The notes under the pieces: model-generated
Told to the model about the DNA's origin: nothing
Databases searched by the model: none
Seen by the model: the letters and a program-made list of their open reading frames with translations, nothing else
Assembly: GCA_965206645.1 (NCBI GenBank)
Contig: CBDBKE010000003.1
Span: 352,001 to 416,000, forward strand
Direction of reading: 5' to 3'
From: Terriglobia bacterium
GTDB lineage: Bacteria; Acidobacteriota; Terriglobia; JAJPHL01; JAPKYU01
Length of the DNA stretch: 64,000 nt
Made by a program: the position numbers and the translations under genes
Shown here: in pieces, positions 39,544-48,005 of the stretch
Numbering within the stretch: position 1 is the stretch's first letter
Layout: each line of letters starts with the position of its first letter

Positions 39544-40377
39544 ATGCCCGTGCTCCGAAGCCTTGTGCTGGCCCTGGTGGTGAGCCTCCTCGCTCTGGCC
39601 GCCGGTCAGAAGCTGGTGCTGAAAGATGGCAGCTACCAACTGGTGCGCAGCTACCAGCTGCTGGATGATCGCGTCCGCTACTTCAGCTTGGAGCGTAATC
39701 AATGGGAAGAGATGCCGGCTTCGCTGGTGGATTGGAAAGCTACCGAAGAACGAAATCAGAAGGAACAGGCGGAGGTTCTCCAAAAGGCTAGAGAAGCCGC
39801 CACGCCGGACCGCTCGCCGCTGGCTGACGAACCGGGTTTCGAGATCGCGCCCGGTCTGCATCTTCCTGACAAAGACGGCCTGTTCGTGGTGGAGAACGGG
39901 AAGGTGCGGGAGCTGCCACAGCACCAGGCGTCGGTGCGCACGGACAAAGGACGGATGTTGACCAACATCCTGCTGCCTGTTCCGCTACTGAAACATCGCA
40001 CCCTTGTCGAGATCCCTGGTGCCCGTGCGACACTGCAGCTAGAGAAGTCGCCTCAGGCGCTGTTTGCCAGCGGACGGACGCGCGGTGACTCGCGCTACGC
40101 GCTGCTGCGCCTGAAGCCCAAGGGCGACAAGCGCCGGGTGGAAGCGATCCTGTTGCGGGTCTTCAGCGGTAAACCGACCCACGCGGGCGACTCTATTCCC
40201 CTGACGGTGGAGACCGTAACCCTCAATGTCTTCCGGCTCGTTCCGCAAGAACCCCTCCGCCCCGGCGAATACGCCGTAGTGGAATTCCTCGGCAACGACC
40301 TGAACCTCTTCCTCTGGGACTTCGGCGTGCGCAAGCAGCATGAATCACGTGGAACACAGCAAGAAGCAGGCAGTTAG
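39544..40377 (+). CDS. Hypothetical exported protein
   Basis: Signal peptide; KLVLKDGSYQLVRSY..DRVRYFS.ER..WEE.P..LVDW; L.PGEYA..WDFG; start at ATG 39544 is an estimate. Confidence 0.8.
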   Translation: MPVLRSLVLALVVSLLALAAGQKLVLKDGSYQLVRSYQLLDDRVRYFSLERNQWEEMPASLVDWKATEERNQKEQAEVLQKAREAATPDRSPLADEPGFEIAPGLHLPDKDGLFVVENGKVRELPQHQASVRTDKGRMLTNILLPVPLLKHRTLVEIPGARATLQLEKSPQALFASGRTRGDSRYALLRLKPKGDKRRVEAILLRVFSGKPTHAGDSIPLTVETVTLNVFRLVPQEPLRPGEYAVVEFLGNDLNLFLWDFGVRKQHESRGTQQEAGS

Positions 40378-40460
40378 ATGCCGTCCTTCCCGTGCGCCCC
40401 GTGGTTCACGCAGCGGCGCTCGACGGATTTAGTGGGAAGCAGTTGCGAGGCCAATCCTCG

Positions 40461-40622
40461 CTAACGCCTCCGCGCCCGACCCGGGCCTCTCTTCCTCAGC
40501 TTCCGCTTCCGGGAGCCGCGCTCGGCAGAAGATTTCGGTTTGGGAGACTTGACCTTGCGCGCCTTGCGCCCTGCGCGCTTGGCTTTCTTGCGCTCTTCGC
40601 GTGAGAGTTGTTTTGTGTCCAT
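40461..40622 (-). CDS. 53-aa highly basic microprotein (below ORF-track cutoff)
   Basis: MDTKQLSREERKKAKRAGRKARKVKSPKPKSSAERGSRKRKLRKRGPGRARRR*; TACAAT 10 nt upstream; follows uvrD on the same strand. Confidence 0.65.
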   Translation of the reverse strand: MDTKQLSREERKKAKRAGRKARKVKSPKPKSSAERGSRKRKLRKRGPGRARRR

Positions 40623-40679
40623 AAGCTTGTCGATTGTAGCTTGTAGTCTCTACTAACCGCGAGCTACCAGTTACTCCCG

Positions 40680-42905
40680 TTAGGCCTTTTCCAGGCCGGC
40701 GTACTTCTGTACCAGTTTCCTCAATCCGTAGTCCGGGAAAGAGACGGTCACCTTCGCCTCTGCGCCATCGCCCTCGCGCTGCACCACGGTGCCTACGCCG
40801 AACTTGGAATGGCGGACCCGCTGGCCCAGTCCAATTGCCGAGTCGCCCCGTGTTGTCTCCGCCGGCAGTCCTTTTGAGCTTGATCGGCCGCCAATCCCGC
40901 GGGCCTCAAGGAACTTTGCGACGTCCTGTACCGAATTGTAAGCTGGACCGCTGTAGGTTGCTGTCATCTTTCGCCGCCGCGGCCCGCCCAGGTTCTCCAG
41001 CAGTTCGGGCGGGATCTCTTCCAGAAAACGGGAAGGCTCGGTTTGACCCTGAAGCGCGGCGCCGTATTGGCGACGGAACTCGGCGCGGGTCAGGATCAGC
41101 CGCTGCTGAGCCCGCGTCATTCCCACATAGCAGAGCCGCCGCTCTTCTTCCACGCCAGCCGGGCCCTGCACGGAGCGGCTGTGGGGAAACAGTCCCTCTT
41201 CCAGACCCACCAGGAAGACCACCGGGAACTCCAGGCCCTTGGCGGCATGCAGTGTCATCAGCGTGACGGCCGTGCGCTCATCGTAGCCGTCGGCCTCCGA
41301 GACCAGGGCAGCGCGATCCAGGAATTCGGCCAGTGTTTCGCCGCGCTCCACGCTCTCCTGGGCCGCATTCAGCAATTCCTGGATGTTCTCCACGCGGCTG
41401 CTGGCCTCTGGCGTGTCCTCCTCTTCCAGCCGGGTCACATAGCCGGTGCGGTCGAGCACGGCGAGCAGCAATTCAGTGGACGGGGCCTCTGCCTGTACCA
41501 GCGCTATCAAGTCTTCGGCCAGCCGGCGGAACTCGGCCAAGGTCTCATGCTTAGGCCCCCGCAACAGCTTTGCCTCTAGCACTCCTTCCAGCGCTCGCCA
41601 CAGCGCCAAGCTGTGCTCCAGCGCGTAGCCCTCCAATTGCTCCACTGTTTTCTTGCCGATGCCCCGAGGAGGAATATTGATAATACGCAGCAGGCTGAGG
41701 GAATCGTCGGGATTTCGCGCGAACTTCAGGTAAGACAGCAGATCCTTGATCTCGGCCCGCTCGTAAAAGCTGGTACCAGCGACCACGCGGTACTTCAGGC
41801 CGTAGCGCCGCATGGCTTCTTCCAGGGGGCGTAGCCGCGCGCTGGAGCGGAAGAGCACAGCGGCCCGTCCCTCGGGATTGGTCCCAAGGTAGCGCGCCAC
41901 CCAGTCCGCCACGAACAGCGCTTCGTTTTCGGCGTCGGGAGCCTCGTACAGGCCCACTCCTTCGCCCTGCTGGTTTTCTGTCCACAATGTCTTGCCAATG
42001 CGGGATTCGTTGTGGGCCACCAGGGCGCTGGCCGCCGCCAGGATGGTTTTTGACGAGCGGTAGTTCTGCTCCAGGCGAATCATGCGCGCCTCGGGGAAAT
42101 CCTGCTCGAACTCCAGGATGTTGCGCAGGTCCGCCCCGCGCCAGCCGTAAATGGACTGGTCCTCGTCGCCCACCACGCACAGGTTGCGGTGCACCTGAGT
42201 GAGCAGCCGGATCAACTCGTACTGAGGGCGGTTGATATCCTGATACTCGTCCACCAGCAGGTGCTGGAAACGCTGGTTGTACTTGGCCGCGCTCTCCTGG
42301 TTGGTGGCCAGCAGGCGCACGGCTTCCAGCAGCAGGTCGTCGAAATCGAGGGCGTTCGAGCACCCGAGCGCCGCCTGGTACTGCTCGTAGATCGTCGCCA
42401 ACTGCTCGCTGCGCGGGTCGGAGGCGTTGGCGCGGAAAACCTGTGGGCTGATCCCGTGGTTCTTGGCATGGCTGATGCGAGTCAGCACCGCGCGCGTCCG
42501 CATAAACTGCTCGTCCAGGGACAGCTCCTTCATCGCCTTGCGGACGACCGCCAATTGCTCGTCCTCATCGTAGATGGTGAAGTCGCGCGAAATGCCGGCG
42601 GCGGGCCCGTCCCGGCGCAGCACCCGCACGCAGAAGGAATGGAAGGTGGAAATCCAGGGCATGCGCGCCACCTGGCATCCCACGAGCGACTGCACGCGCA
42701 GCCGCATCTCGTCGGCCGCCTTGTTGGTGAAGGTGACGGCTAGGATGCTCTCCGGCTGCACAGCCAGATCATCCATCAAGTAAGCGATGCGGTAGGCGAT
42801 GACGCGCGTTTTTCCGCTGCCTGCTCCTGCCAGCACGAGCAACGGTCCTTCGGTGGTCGTCACCGCTTCGCGCTGTTGCTGGTTGAGCTGCTCCAACAAG
42901 GACAT
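40680..42905 (-). CDS. pcrA: UvrD/PcrA SF1A DNA helicase
   Basis: AGAGSGKT, TFTNKAA, DEYQD, VGDEDQSIYGWRGA, LEQNYRS, MTLHAAKGLEFP, EERRLCYVGMTRA, C-terminal Tudor-like VRHSKFGVG. Confidence 0.96.
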   Translation of the reverse strand: MSLLEQLNQQQREAVTTTEGPLLVLAGAGSGKTRVIAYRIAYLMDDLAVQPESILAVTFTNKAADEMRLRVQSLVGCQVARMPWISTFHSFCVRVLRRDGPAAGISRDFTIYDEDEQLAVVRKAMKELSLDEQFMRTRAVLTRISHAKNHGISPQVFRANASDPRSEQLATIYEQYQAALGCSNALDFDDLLLEAVRLLATNQESAAKYNQRFQHLLVDEYQDINRPQYELIRLLTQVHRNLCVVGDEDQSIYGWRGADLRNILEFEQDFPEARMIRLEQNYRSSKTILAAASALVAHNESRIGKTLWTENQQGEGVGLYEAPDAENEALFVADWVARYLGTNPEGRAAVLFRSSARLRPLEEAMRRYGLKYRVVAGTSFYERAEIKDLLSYLKFARNPDDSLSLLRIINIPPRGIGKKTVEQLEGYALEHSLALWRALEGVLEAKLLRGPKHETLAEFRRLAEDLIALVQAEAPSTELLLAVLDRTGYVTRLEEEDTPEASSRVENIQELLNAAQESVERGETLAEFLDRAALVSEADGYDERTAVTLMTLHAAKGLEFPVVFLVGLEEGLFPHSRSVQGPAGVEEERRLCYVGMTRAQQRLILTRAEFRRQYGAALQGQTEPSRFLEEIPPELLENLGGPRRRKMTATYSGPAYNSVQDVAKFLEARGIGGRSSSKGLPAETTRGDSAIGLGQRVRHSKFGVGTVVQREGDGAEAKVTVSFPDYGLRKLVQKYAGLEKA

Positions 42906-43000
42906 CGAATTCTGATTGTACTCCACCGCGCCGCCCGCCATGGCGCGCTTTCCCCGGGCACAGCGCGCGGAAGTTTCTACTGTCGGGATACAATGTGCCG

Positions 43001-44458
43001 GTGCCTTCCGAGCTAATCTTCGAATCCGCCACGCGCATGGCCGAGCTGGTGCGAAGCGGTCAGGTTTCCCCGGTGGAACTGGTGGATGCCCACCTGGCGC
43101 GGATTCGGGATGTGAACCGGGAGCTGCGGGCCTTTGCCACCGTGCTGGACGAAGAAGCCCGGCAGGAGGCGCGACAGGCTGAATCGGCCGTCCAGCGCCG
43201 CAAGCTAGGACCGTTGCACGGTGTGCCAGTCACCGTCAAAGACTGCATCGAGACCGCCGGCATCCCGACCCAGAGCGGCTGCCGGCTGCGATCTGGGTTC
43301 CTGCCCGAGCGCGATGCTGCAGTGGTGTCCCGCCTGCGGGCGGCGGGCGCCATTCTGCTGGGCAAGACCAACGTTCCGGACCTGCTGGTGGCCTACGAAA
43401 CCGACAACCTGATTACGGGGCGCGCCGCCAACCCCTGGGCCCTGGCCCGTACGCCGGGCGGTTCCAGCGGAGGCGAAGCCGCCGCAATCGCGTCGGGCTG
43501 CTCGGCCGGGGGCTTGGGCACCGATGGCGGCGGTTCGGTTCGGGTCCCTGCCCACTTTTGCGGCATCGTGGGCTTAAAGCCCACGCCGGGGCGCATTCCC
43601 GGCTCCGGACTTTTTCCGGCGCTGGTCGGGCCGTTTGCCCTGCTGGGGGTGGTGGGACCCATGGCGCGCTCGGTGGCGGACGTCCGGCTCCTGTTCGAGG
43701 TTCTGGCCGGTCCTGATCCTGACGATGCTATGTCGGTCCCGCTGCCGGTTCCTCCACCGGAGGAAACAACTCGCCGGGTTACCCGCGACCTGCGCGTCGG
43801 CTTTTACGAGGACGACGGTGTGGCGCCGGTGACGCCGGAAACTCGGGCCGCCGTGCGAACGGCCAGCGAGGCTTTGCGCCGAAAGGGGTTCAGCCTCCAG
43901 CCTTTCCGGGCAGCCCCGCTGGAGCGCGCTCCCCGGATCTGGTGGACGTTTTTTGGCAGAGCCAGCCTGCCGCTATTTCGTTCCTTTGTGGCCGGACGAG
44001 AAAGCCAGTTGCACGCCATCACGCGAGAATTTCTGGCTGTGGCCGAAGGCGAGGGCCCGATCACTTACGACGAATTCCTCAACGCCTGGTCCGAACGCGA
44101 CAAGATGCGCGCTTGGCTGTTGCGGCAGATGGAGGACGTGCCGGTGCTGCTGACGCCGGTCGGTTCCATACCCGCGTTCCGCCACGGAGAGCGATCCTGG
44201 ACCATCGAAGGCGAGACACTGAGCGGGATGTGGAGCACCATGGGGCCGGCCCAGACCTTCAACCTGCTGGGCAATCCTGCAGTCGTGCTGCCCGTAGGCC
44301 GTTCGCCCGAAGGCCTGCCCATCGGGGTCCAACTGGTGGGTCGCCCCTACGAGGAAGAATTGCTGCTGGCTGTGGCCGCCCGTCTGGAGGAGAGCCTGGG
44401 CGCCTGGCAAGCGCCACCCTTGCGCGCCACCACTGCTTCCGGCACTTCCGGAGCGTGA
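43001..44458 (+). CDS. Amidase signature family protein
   Basis: GPLHGVPVTVKD, GKTNVP, PGGSSGGEAAA, GTDGGGSVRVPA..CG; start set at GTG 43001 (42995 is the alternative). Confidence 0.95.
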   Translation: MPSELIFESATRMAELVRSGQVSPVELVDAHLARIRDVNRELRAFATVLDEEARQEARQAESAVQRRKLGPLHGVPVTVKDCIETAGIPTQSGCRLRSGFLPERDAAVVSRLRAAGAILLGKTNVPDLLVAYETDNLITGRAANPWALARTPGGSSGGEAAAIASGCSAGGLGTDGGGSVRVPAHFCGIVGLKPTPGRIPGSGLFPALVGPFALLGVVGPMARSVADVRLLFEVLAGPDPDDAMSVPLPVPPPEETTRRVTRDLRVGFYEDDGVAPVTPETRAAVRTASEALRRKGFSLQPFRAAPLERAPRIWWTFFGRASLPLFRSFVAGRESQLHAITREFLAVAEGEGPITYDEFLNAWSERDKMRAWLLRQMEDVPVLLTPVGSIPAFRHGERSWTIEGETLSGMWSTMGPAQTFNLLGNPAVVLPVGRSPEGLPIGVQLVGRPYEEELLLAVAARLEESLGAWQAPPLRATTASGTSGA

Positions 44459-44574
44459 TCTGCCCACGGACCGGCGGCCCGTAGATGCCAGGGTCGGGCT
44501 CCGGTCCCACGCCAAGGCAATTCCTGACACCTGATACCCGGTTGACACCGGAAACCTGATACCTGCCGCCTGCC

Positions 44575-45126
44575 TTAGCTGAGGAGTTCGCGGATTTGCC
44601 CGGTGAGTCGGGGCCGGCCTGAGTCCAGTTCGCGCCGCACCAGGTTCAGGCCGTAGACGCACATCTCGAATTTGTCGGAAAGCTGCCGAAACAGAGGCGC
44701 GACCTTGCGGTACTCGAACTGGTCGAATGCCGCCACAATGTGATAGGACTCCTTGCCGGCCTTGACGTAGTCCACGAAGGAATCCAGGCGCTCGTGCCGC
44801 AGCCGCCAGTTGCGGATGGATTCGGGAAACATGCCGGTGAAGAACAAGGTGAAGTCCCCAATGTGCTTCCGAACCTGCCGTTCCCGGTCAAAGGAAGGAG
44901 CGTTCATCAGGGGATTGGACTCGATCAACATCTCCCCCACGTCCTCCAGCGGCCGGCCTTGCATGTCGCGGACCTTGTAGAGATTTTCGATTCGGACAAA
45001 ATCGGTGAGCAAGCCGATGATATAGGAAGTGACCTCGGGATCGTCCAACGCCAGAGTTCCGTGGAAGCTGTGTTCCACCAGTCCGGTGAACAGCGAACTG
45101 AGTTCCGATCCCGGGTGCACGTACAC
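44575..45126 (-). CDS. Conserved-looking hypothetical protein
   Basis: GGAGGGAG RBS, GTG start; helical protein with RKHIGDFTLFFTGMFPE and YVKAGKESY. Confidence 0.85.
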   Translation of the reverse strand: MYVHPGSELSSLFTGLVEHSFHGTLALDDPEVTSYIIGLLTDFVRIENLYKVRDMQGRPLEDVGEMLIESNPLMNAPSFDRERQVRKHIGDFTLFFTGMFPESIRNWRLRHERLDSFVDYVKAGKESYHIVAAFDQFEYRKVAPLFRQLSDKFEMCVYGLNLVRRELDSGRPRLTGQIRELLS

Positions 45127-45279
45127 TGGACTCCCTCCGAAACGCAGGCCAAGACTCCAGCCAAATGGACGCGCGCAGATCCCCTCTGGTTGCTGCCATT
45201 GCTATCTAGTACTGTTATCCTCGTGGTTGTCAAGTTACGAGGCCGTGCGGCTGCTGTCGGAAATAGAACCTCGGCACGG

Positions 45280-45921
45280 GTGATTCTGGCATCGCACCGC
45301 TTCCGGCGAGGGCGGCGCTGCGGACCTGCGGAACTGTCCCCGCAACTTTCAGCCAAGCAGCGGGCGGCACTGGCGCGCTGGCTGGAAGCGCTGCCCGCAG
45401 GATTCAGCATGCGGCTGCCGCGCATCAAAGTTGCCGCGGCGGCGAGCCTGCAAACGCAGGCCCACAGTCCGGCCCATGCGGCGAGCTTTATCCCACAGCG
45501 CTACCTGCTGCTGGGGCAATCGCTGTTTTCGCGGCCCGGAGAGCTAGGCCGCATCCTGTATCACGAACTCTGCCACTTCCTCTGGCCACGATTGCGATCT
45601 GGCCGCCGCCTCTATGAAGCCGAGATCGCGCGGGAAACGGAAGCCGGCATCCGTGGCGAACTAGGCTACTCCGCCGAGGAGGCCAAAGAGGCCCTGCGCG
45701 GTGCCCAGGGTCAGGCGACGACCGCAGCCTCTCCCGGACCCGCCCGCGCCCGGCAGACACGCTGGCGCTACTACCTGTGCGAGAGCTTCTGTGACACGGG
45801 CGCCTGGCTGCTACTGCGTCAGGCAGGCCATCGCCGCAGCCGTCACTCGGAGTGGACGTTGGAACGGCGCGCCCGGACCAAGCGATGGCAGGCCTGGCGC
45901 GCGGCGGCTGGTTTCCCGTAA
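45280..45921 (+). CDS. Hypothetical protein with HExxH zinc-metallopeptidase motif
   Basis: RILYHELCHF, RGELG.SAE, CESFCDT; the 5' part of the tracked ORF is antisense to the neighbour, so the start is uncertain. Confidence 0.65.
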   Translation: MILASHRFRRGRRCGPAELSPQLSAKQRAALARWLEALPAGFSMRLPRIKVAAAASLQTQAHSPAHAASFIPQRYLLLGQSLFSRPGELGRILYHELCHFLWPRLRSGRRLYEAEIARETEAGIRGELGYSAEEAKEALRGAQGQATTAASPGPARARQTRWRYYLCESFCDTGAWLLLRQAGHRRSRHSEWTLERRARTKRWQAWRAAAGFP

Positions 45922-46026
45922 AATCGCATTTGGGGGCCGGAGTGCGGTAATATGAACACAGGCACCGTGGGTCGCGGGCAACCGTTTTGTGCACCAGAGG
46001 CTGCGCGCATAGCGTCTAAATAACGT

Positions 46027-46755
46027 ATGGACGTTTCGTTAACCGCAGCGTTTCTCGCAGGGATCGTTTCCTTCCTTTCCCCGTGTGTTCTTCCGCTTGT
46101 GCCCGGCTACGTTTCGATCATTTCCGGGGCCAGCGTGGAAGAGCTGAAAGCGGCTGGCCCGGATGACCACCTGTTGCGCCGCGTGTTGTTCCATTCCCTG
46201 TTCTTCATCGCTGGCTTCTCCATCGTGTTCATCTCGCTGGGGGCCTCGGCCACCTGGCTGGGTGGGACCCTGCGCTCCCACCTGCCCTTACTGTTGCAGA
46301 TTGGCGGCGTGGTGGTGATCCTGTTCGGCCTGCACATGACCGGCATTCTGAAAATCGGCCTGTTGTACCGCGATGCCCGCATCCGCACCAACCCAGCCAG
46401 TCGATCTGTGTCGGCGCCGGGTTCCCTCCTGTTGGGCCTGGCATTCGCCTTTGGATGGACGCCCTGTATCGGCCCCATCCTGGCAGCCATCCTGGCTTTG
46501 GCCTCCACCAAGCAAACAATTGCTCAGGGCATCCTGCTGCTGGCAGTCTATTCGCTGGGCCTGGCGGTGCCGTTCCTGCTGACCAGCTTGGGGCTGAGCC
46601 AGTTCTTCAACTTCTACCGTGGTTTCCGCAAGCATCTGCACACGGTGGAGGTGTTTTCCGGCGCGGTGCTGATTTTGGTCGGCGCTCTGCTCGTGACGAA
46701 CCAATTCACCAGGCTTTCCGGCTACCTTTCCTTTTTGAACCGTTTTGCGCTTTAA
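46027..46755 (+). CDS. ccdA: CcdA / DsbD transmembrane domain protein
   Basis: SFLSPCVLPLVP and FGWTPCIGPIL. Confidence 0.96.
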   Translation: MDVSLTAAFLAGIVSFLSPCVLPLVPGYVSIISGASVEELKAAGPDDHLLRRVLFHSLFFIAGFSIVFISLGASATWLGGTLRSHLPLLLQIGGVVVILFGLHMTGILKIGLLYRDARIRTNPASRSVSAPGSLLLGLAFAFGWTPCIGPILAAILALASTKQTIAQGILLLAVYSLGLAVPFLLTSLGLSQFFNFYRGFRKHLHTVEVFSGAVLILVGALLVTNQFTRLSGYLSFLNRFAL

Positions 46756-46763
46756 TTCCATAT

Positions 46764-47375
46764 ATGAGTACCAAGACACCTCCTTTCGATTCCAGTCCGC
46801 CGCCTGAGCCAGGAGGTGGCAGCCTCCCTCCCCCGGAGAAATCGAGGCGCGGCCGCCCGTTGCGGAACTTCGGACTCATTCTGGTCGGTAGCGCTCTGCT
46901 GCTGTTTGGCGCGCTCCGCTACGGCTCATGGGAGCCGCCGCCGACCCCTCTGGGGGACAAGGAGGGCCCCCTTGTCCCCGACTTCGTGCTCAAGGACATT
47001 CACGGCAACAATTTCCGGATGGCCGACCTGAAGGGAAAGGTTGTCATCCTGGATTTCTGGGCCACCTGGTGCCAGCCGTGCACCATCGAAATCCCCTGGT
47101 TCGTTGACCTGTACGACCGCTACGGCCCCGAGGGCTTGGAGATCGTCGGCGTCGCCATGGACGACGAAGGCATGGAAGTGGTCAAGCCCTTCGCCAAAGA
47201 GTACAAGATGAACTACCGGGTCCTGCTCGGCAACGATGCGGTGGCCGAACTGTTCGGGGGTATCTGGGGGCTTCCAACCACGTTTATTATCGACCGAGAG
47301 GGGCGCATTCGCGACAAGCACGAGGGGTTGGTGAGCCGCAGCGTGTTCGAGGAGGCGGTCGAGAAGCTGCTGTGA
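46764..47375 (+). CDS. TlpA/ResA-like membrane-anchored thioredoxin
   Basis: LKGKVVILDFWATWCQPC..E.P, GLPTTFIIDREG; one TM; ATG 46764. Confidence 0.95.
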   Translation: MSTKTPPFDSSPPPEPGGGSLPPPEKSRRGRPLRNFGLILVGSALLLFGALRYGSWEPPPTPLGDKEGPLVPDFVLKDIHGNNFRMADLKGKVVILDFWATWCQPCTIEIPWFVDLYDRYGPEGLEIVGVAMDDEGMEVVKPFAKEYKMNYRVLLGNDAVAELFGGIWGLPTTFIIDREGRIRDKHEGLVSRSVFEEAVEKLL

Positions 47376-47425
47376 GGGGGCCGATTCCCTTCGTAGGGCG
47401 ATTCAGCAGAGGCGGGGAGCGATTC

Positions 47426-47478
47426 TGAGCAAATAACCGAGTTTGAGCAGACAACTGAGTTTGAGTAGACAACTGGGG
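47426..47478. repeat. 18-bp tandem repeat x3
   Basis: TGAGCAAATAACCGAGTT / TGAGCAGACAACTGAGTT / TGAGTAGACAACTGGGG. Confidence 0.85.
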
Positions 47479-47480
47479 CT

Positions 47481-47993
47481 ATGAGCCAATCTCCAAGAAT
47501 CCTCGCAACGCTGCTTTTAACCCTTTGCCTGAGCTGGACGGCGGCGGCTAGGGAGCGATCCAAGCGGACTGAGGTAGTCAAAGTCTTTCCTCCTTCCACT
47601 CCGGTGATGGCAGCGGCGGCGGACATAGTGGAGCTGCCCCTGCGCCTGGAGATTGCCGCCGGGTTCCACATCAATGCCAGAAAGCCCACCCTGGATTATC
47701 TGATTCCCACAAAGTTGAATTGGACGTCGAAAGAATTCAAGCTGCTCGATGTGGAGTATCCGCCAGCGGAGCGCTACACGTTCAGCTTTGCACCTGGCAA
47801 GCCGCTGAAGGTTTACCAGGGAACAGTCAGCATCCGCAGCCGCTTTCGGGTACCGGGCCGGACGCCGACGGGGAAAGTGATCCTGCGCGGGGTACTGCGC
47901 TACCAGGCCTGCGATGACAGCGCCTGCTACCCCCCAGCAAAGATCGCCGTAGAAGCGCCGGTCCATGTGGTGAAGTGGAGCCAGAGCCGCTGA
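47481..47993 (+). CDS. Stand-alone DsbD N-terminal (alpha) domain protein
   Basis: Signal peptide; GFHIN..P...YLIPT, VEYP, VYQG, LRYQACDDSACYPP (C-x4-C). Confidence 0.88.
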   Translation: MSQSPRILATLLLTLCLSWTAAARERSKRTEVVKVFPPSTPVMAAAADIVELPLRLEIAAGFHINARKPTLDYLIPTKLNWTSKEFKLLDVEYPPAERYTFSFAPGKPLKVYQGTVSIRSRFRVPGRTPTGKVILRGVLRYQACDDSACYPPAKIAVEAPVHVVKWSQSR

Positions 47994-48005
47994 GTCTCCC
48001 CCTGC

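Noticed and set aside
47426-47478. CRISPR array (also considered for 36126-36264)
   Set aside because: Units are contiguous with no unique spacers, too short, and there are no cas genes.
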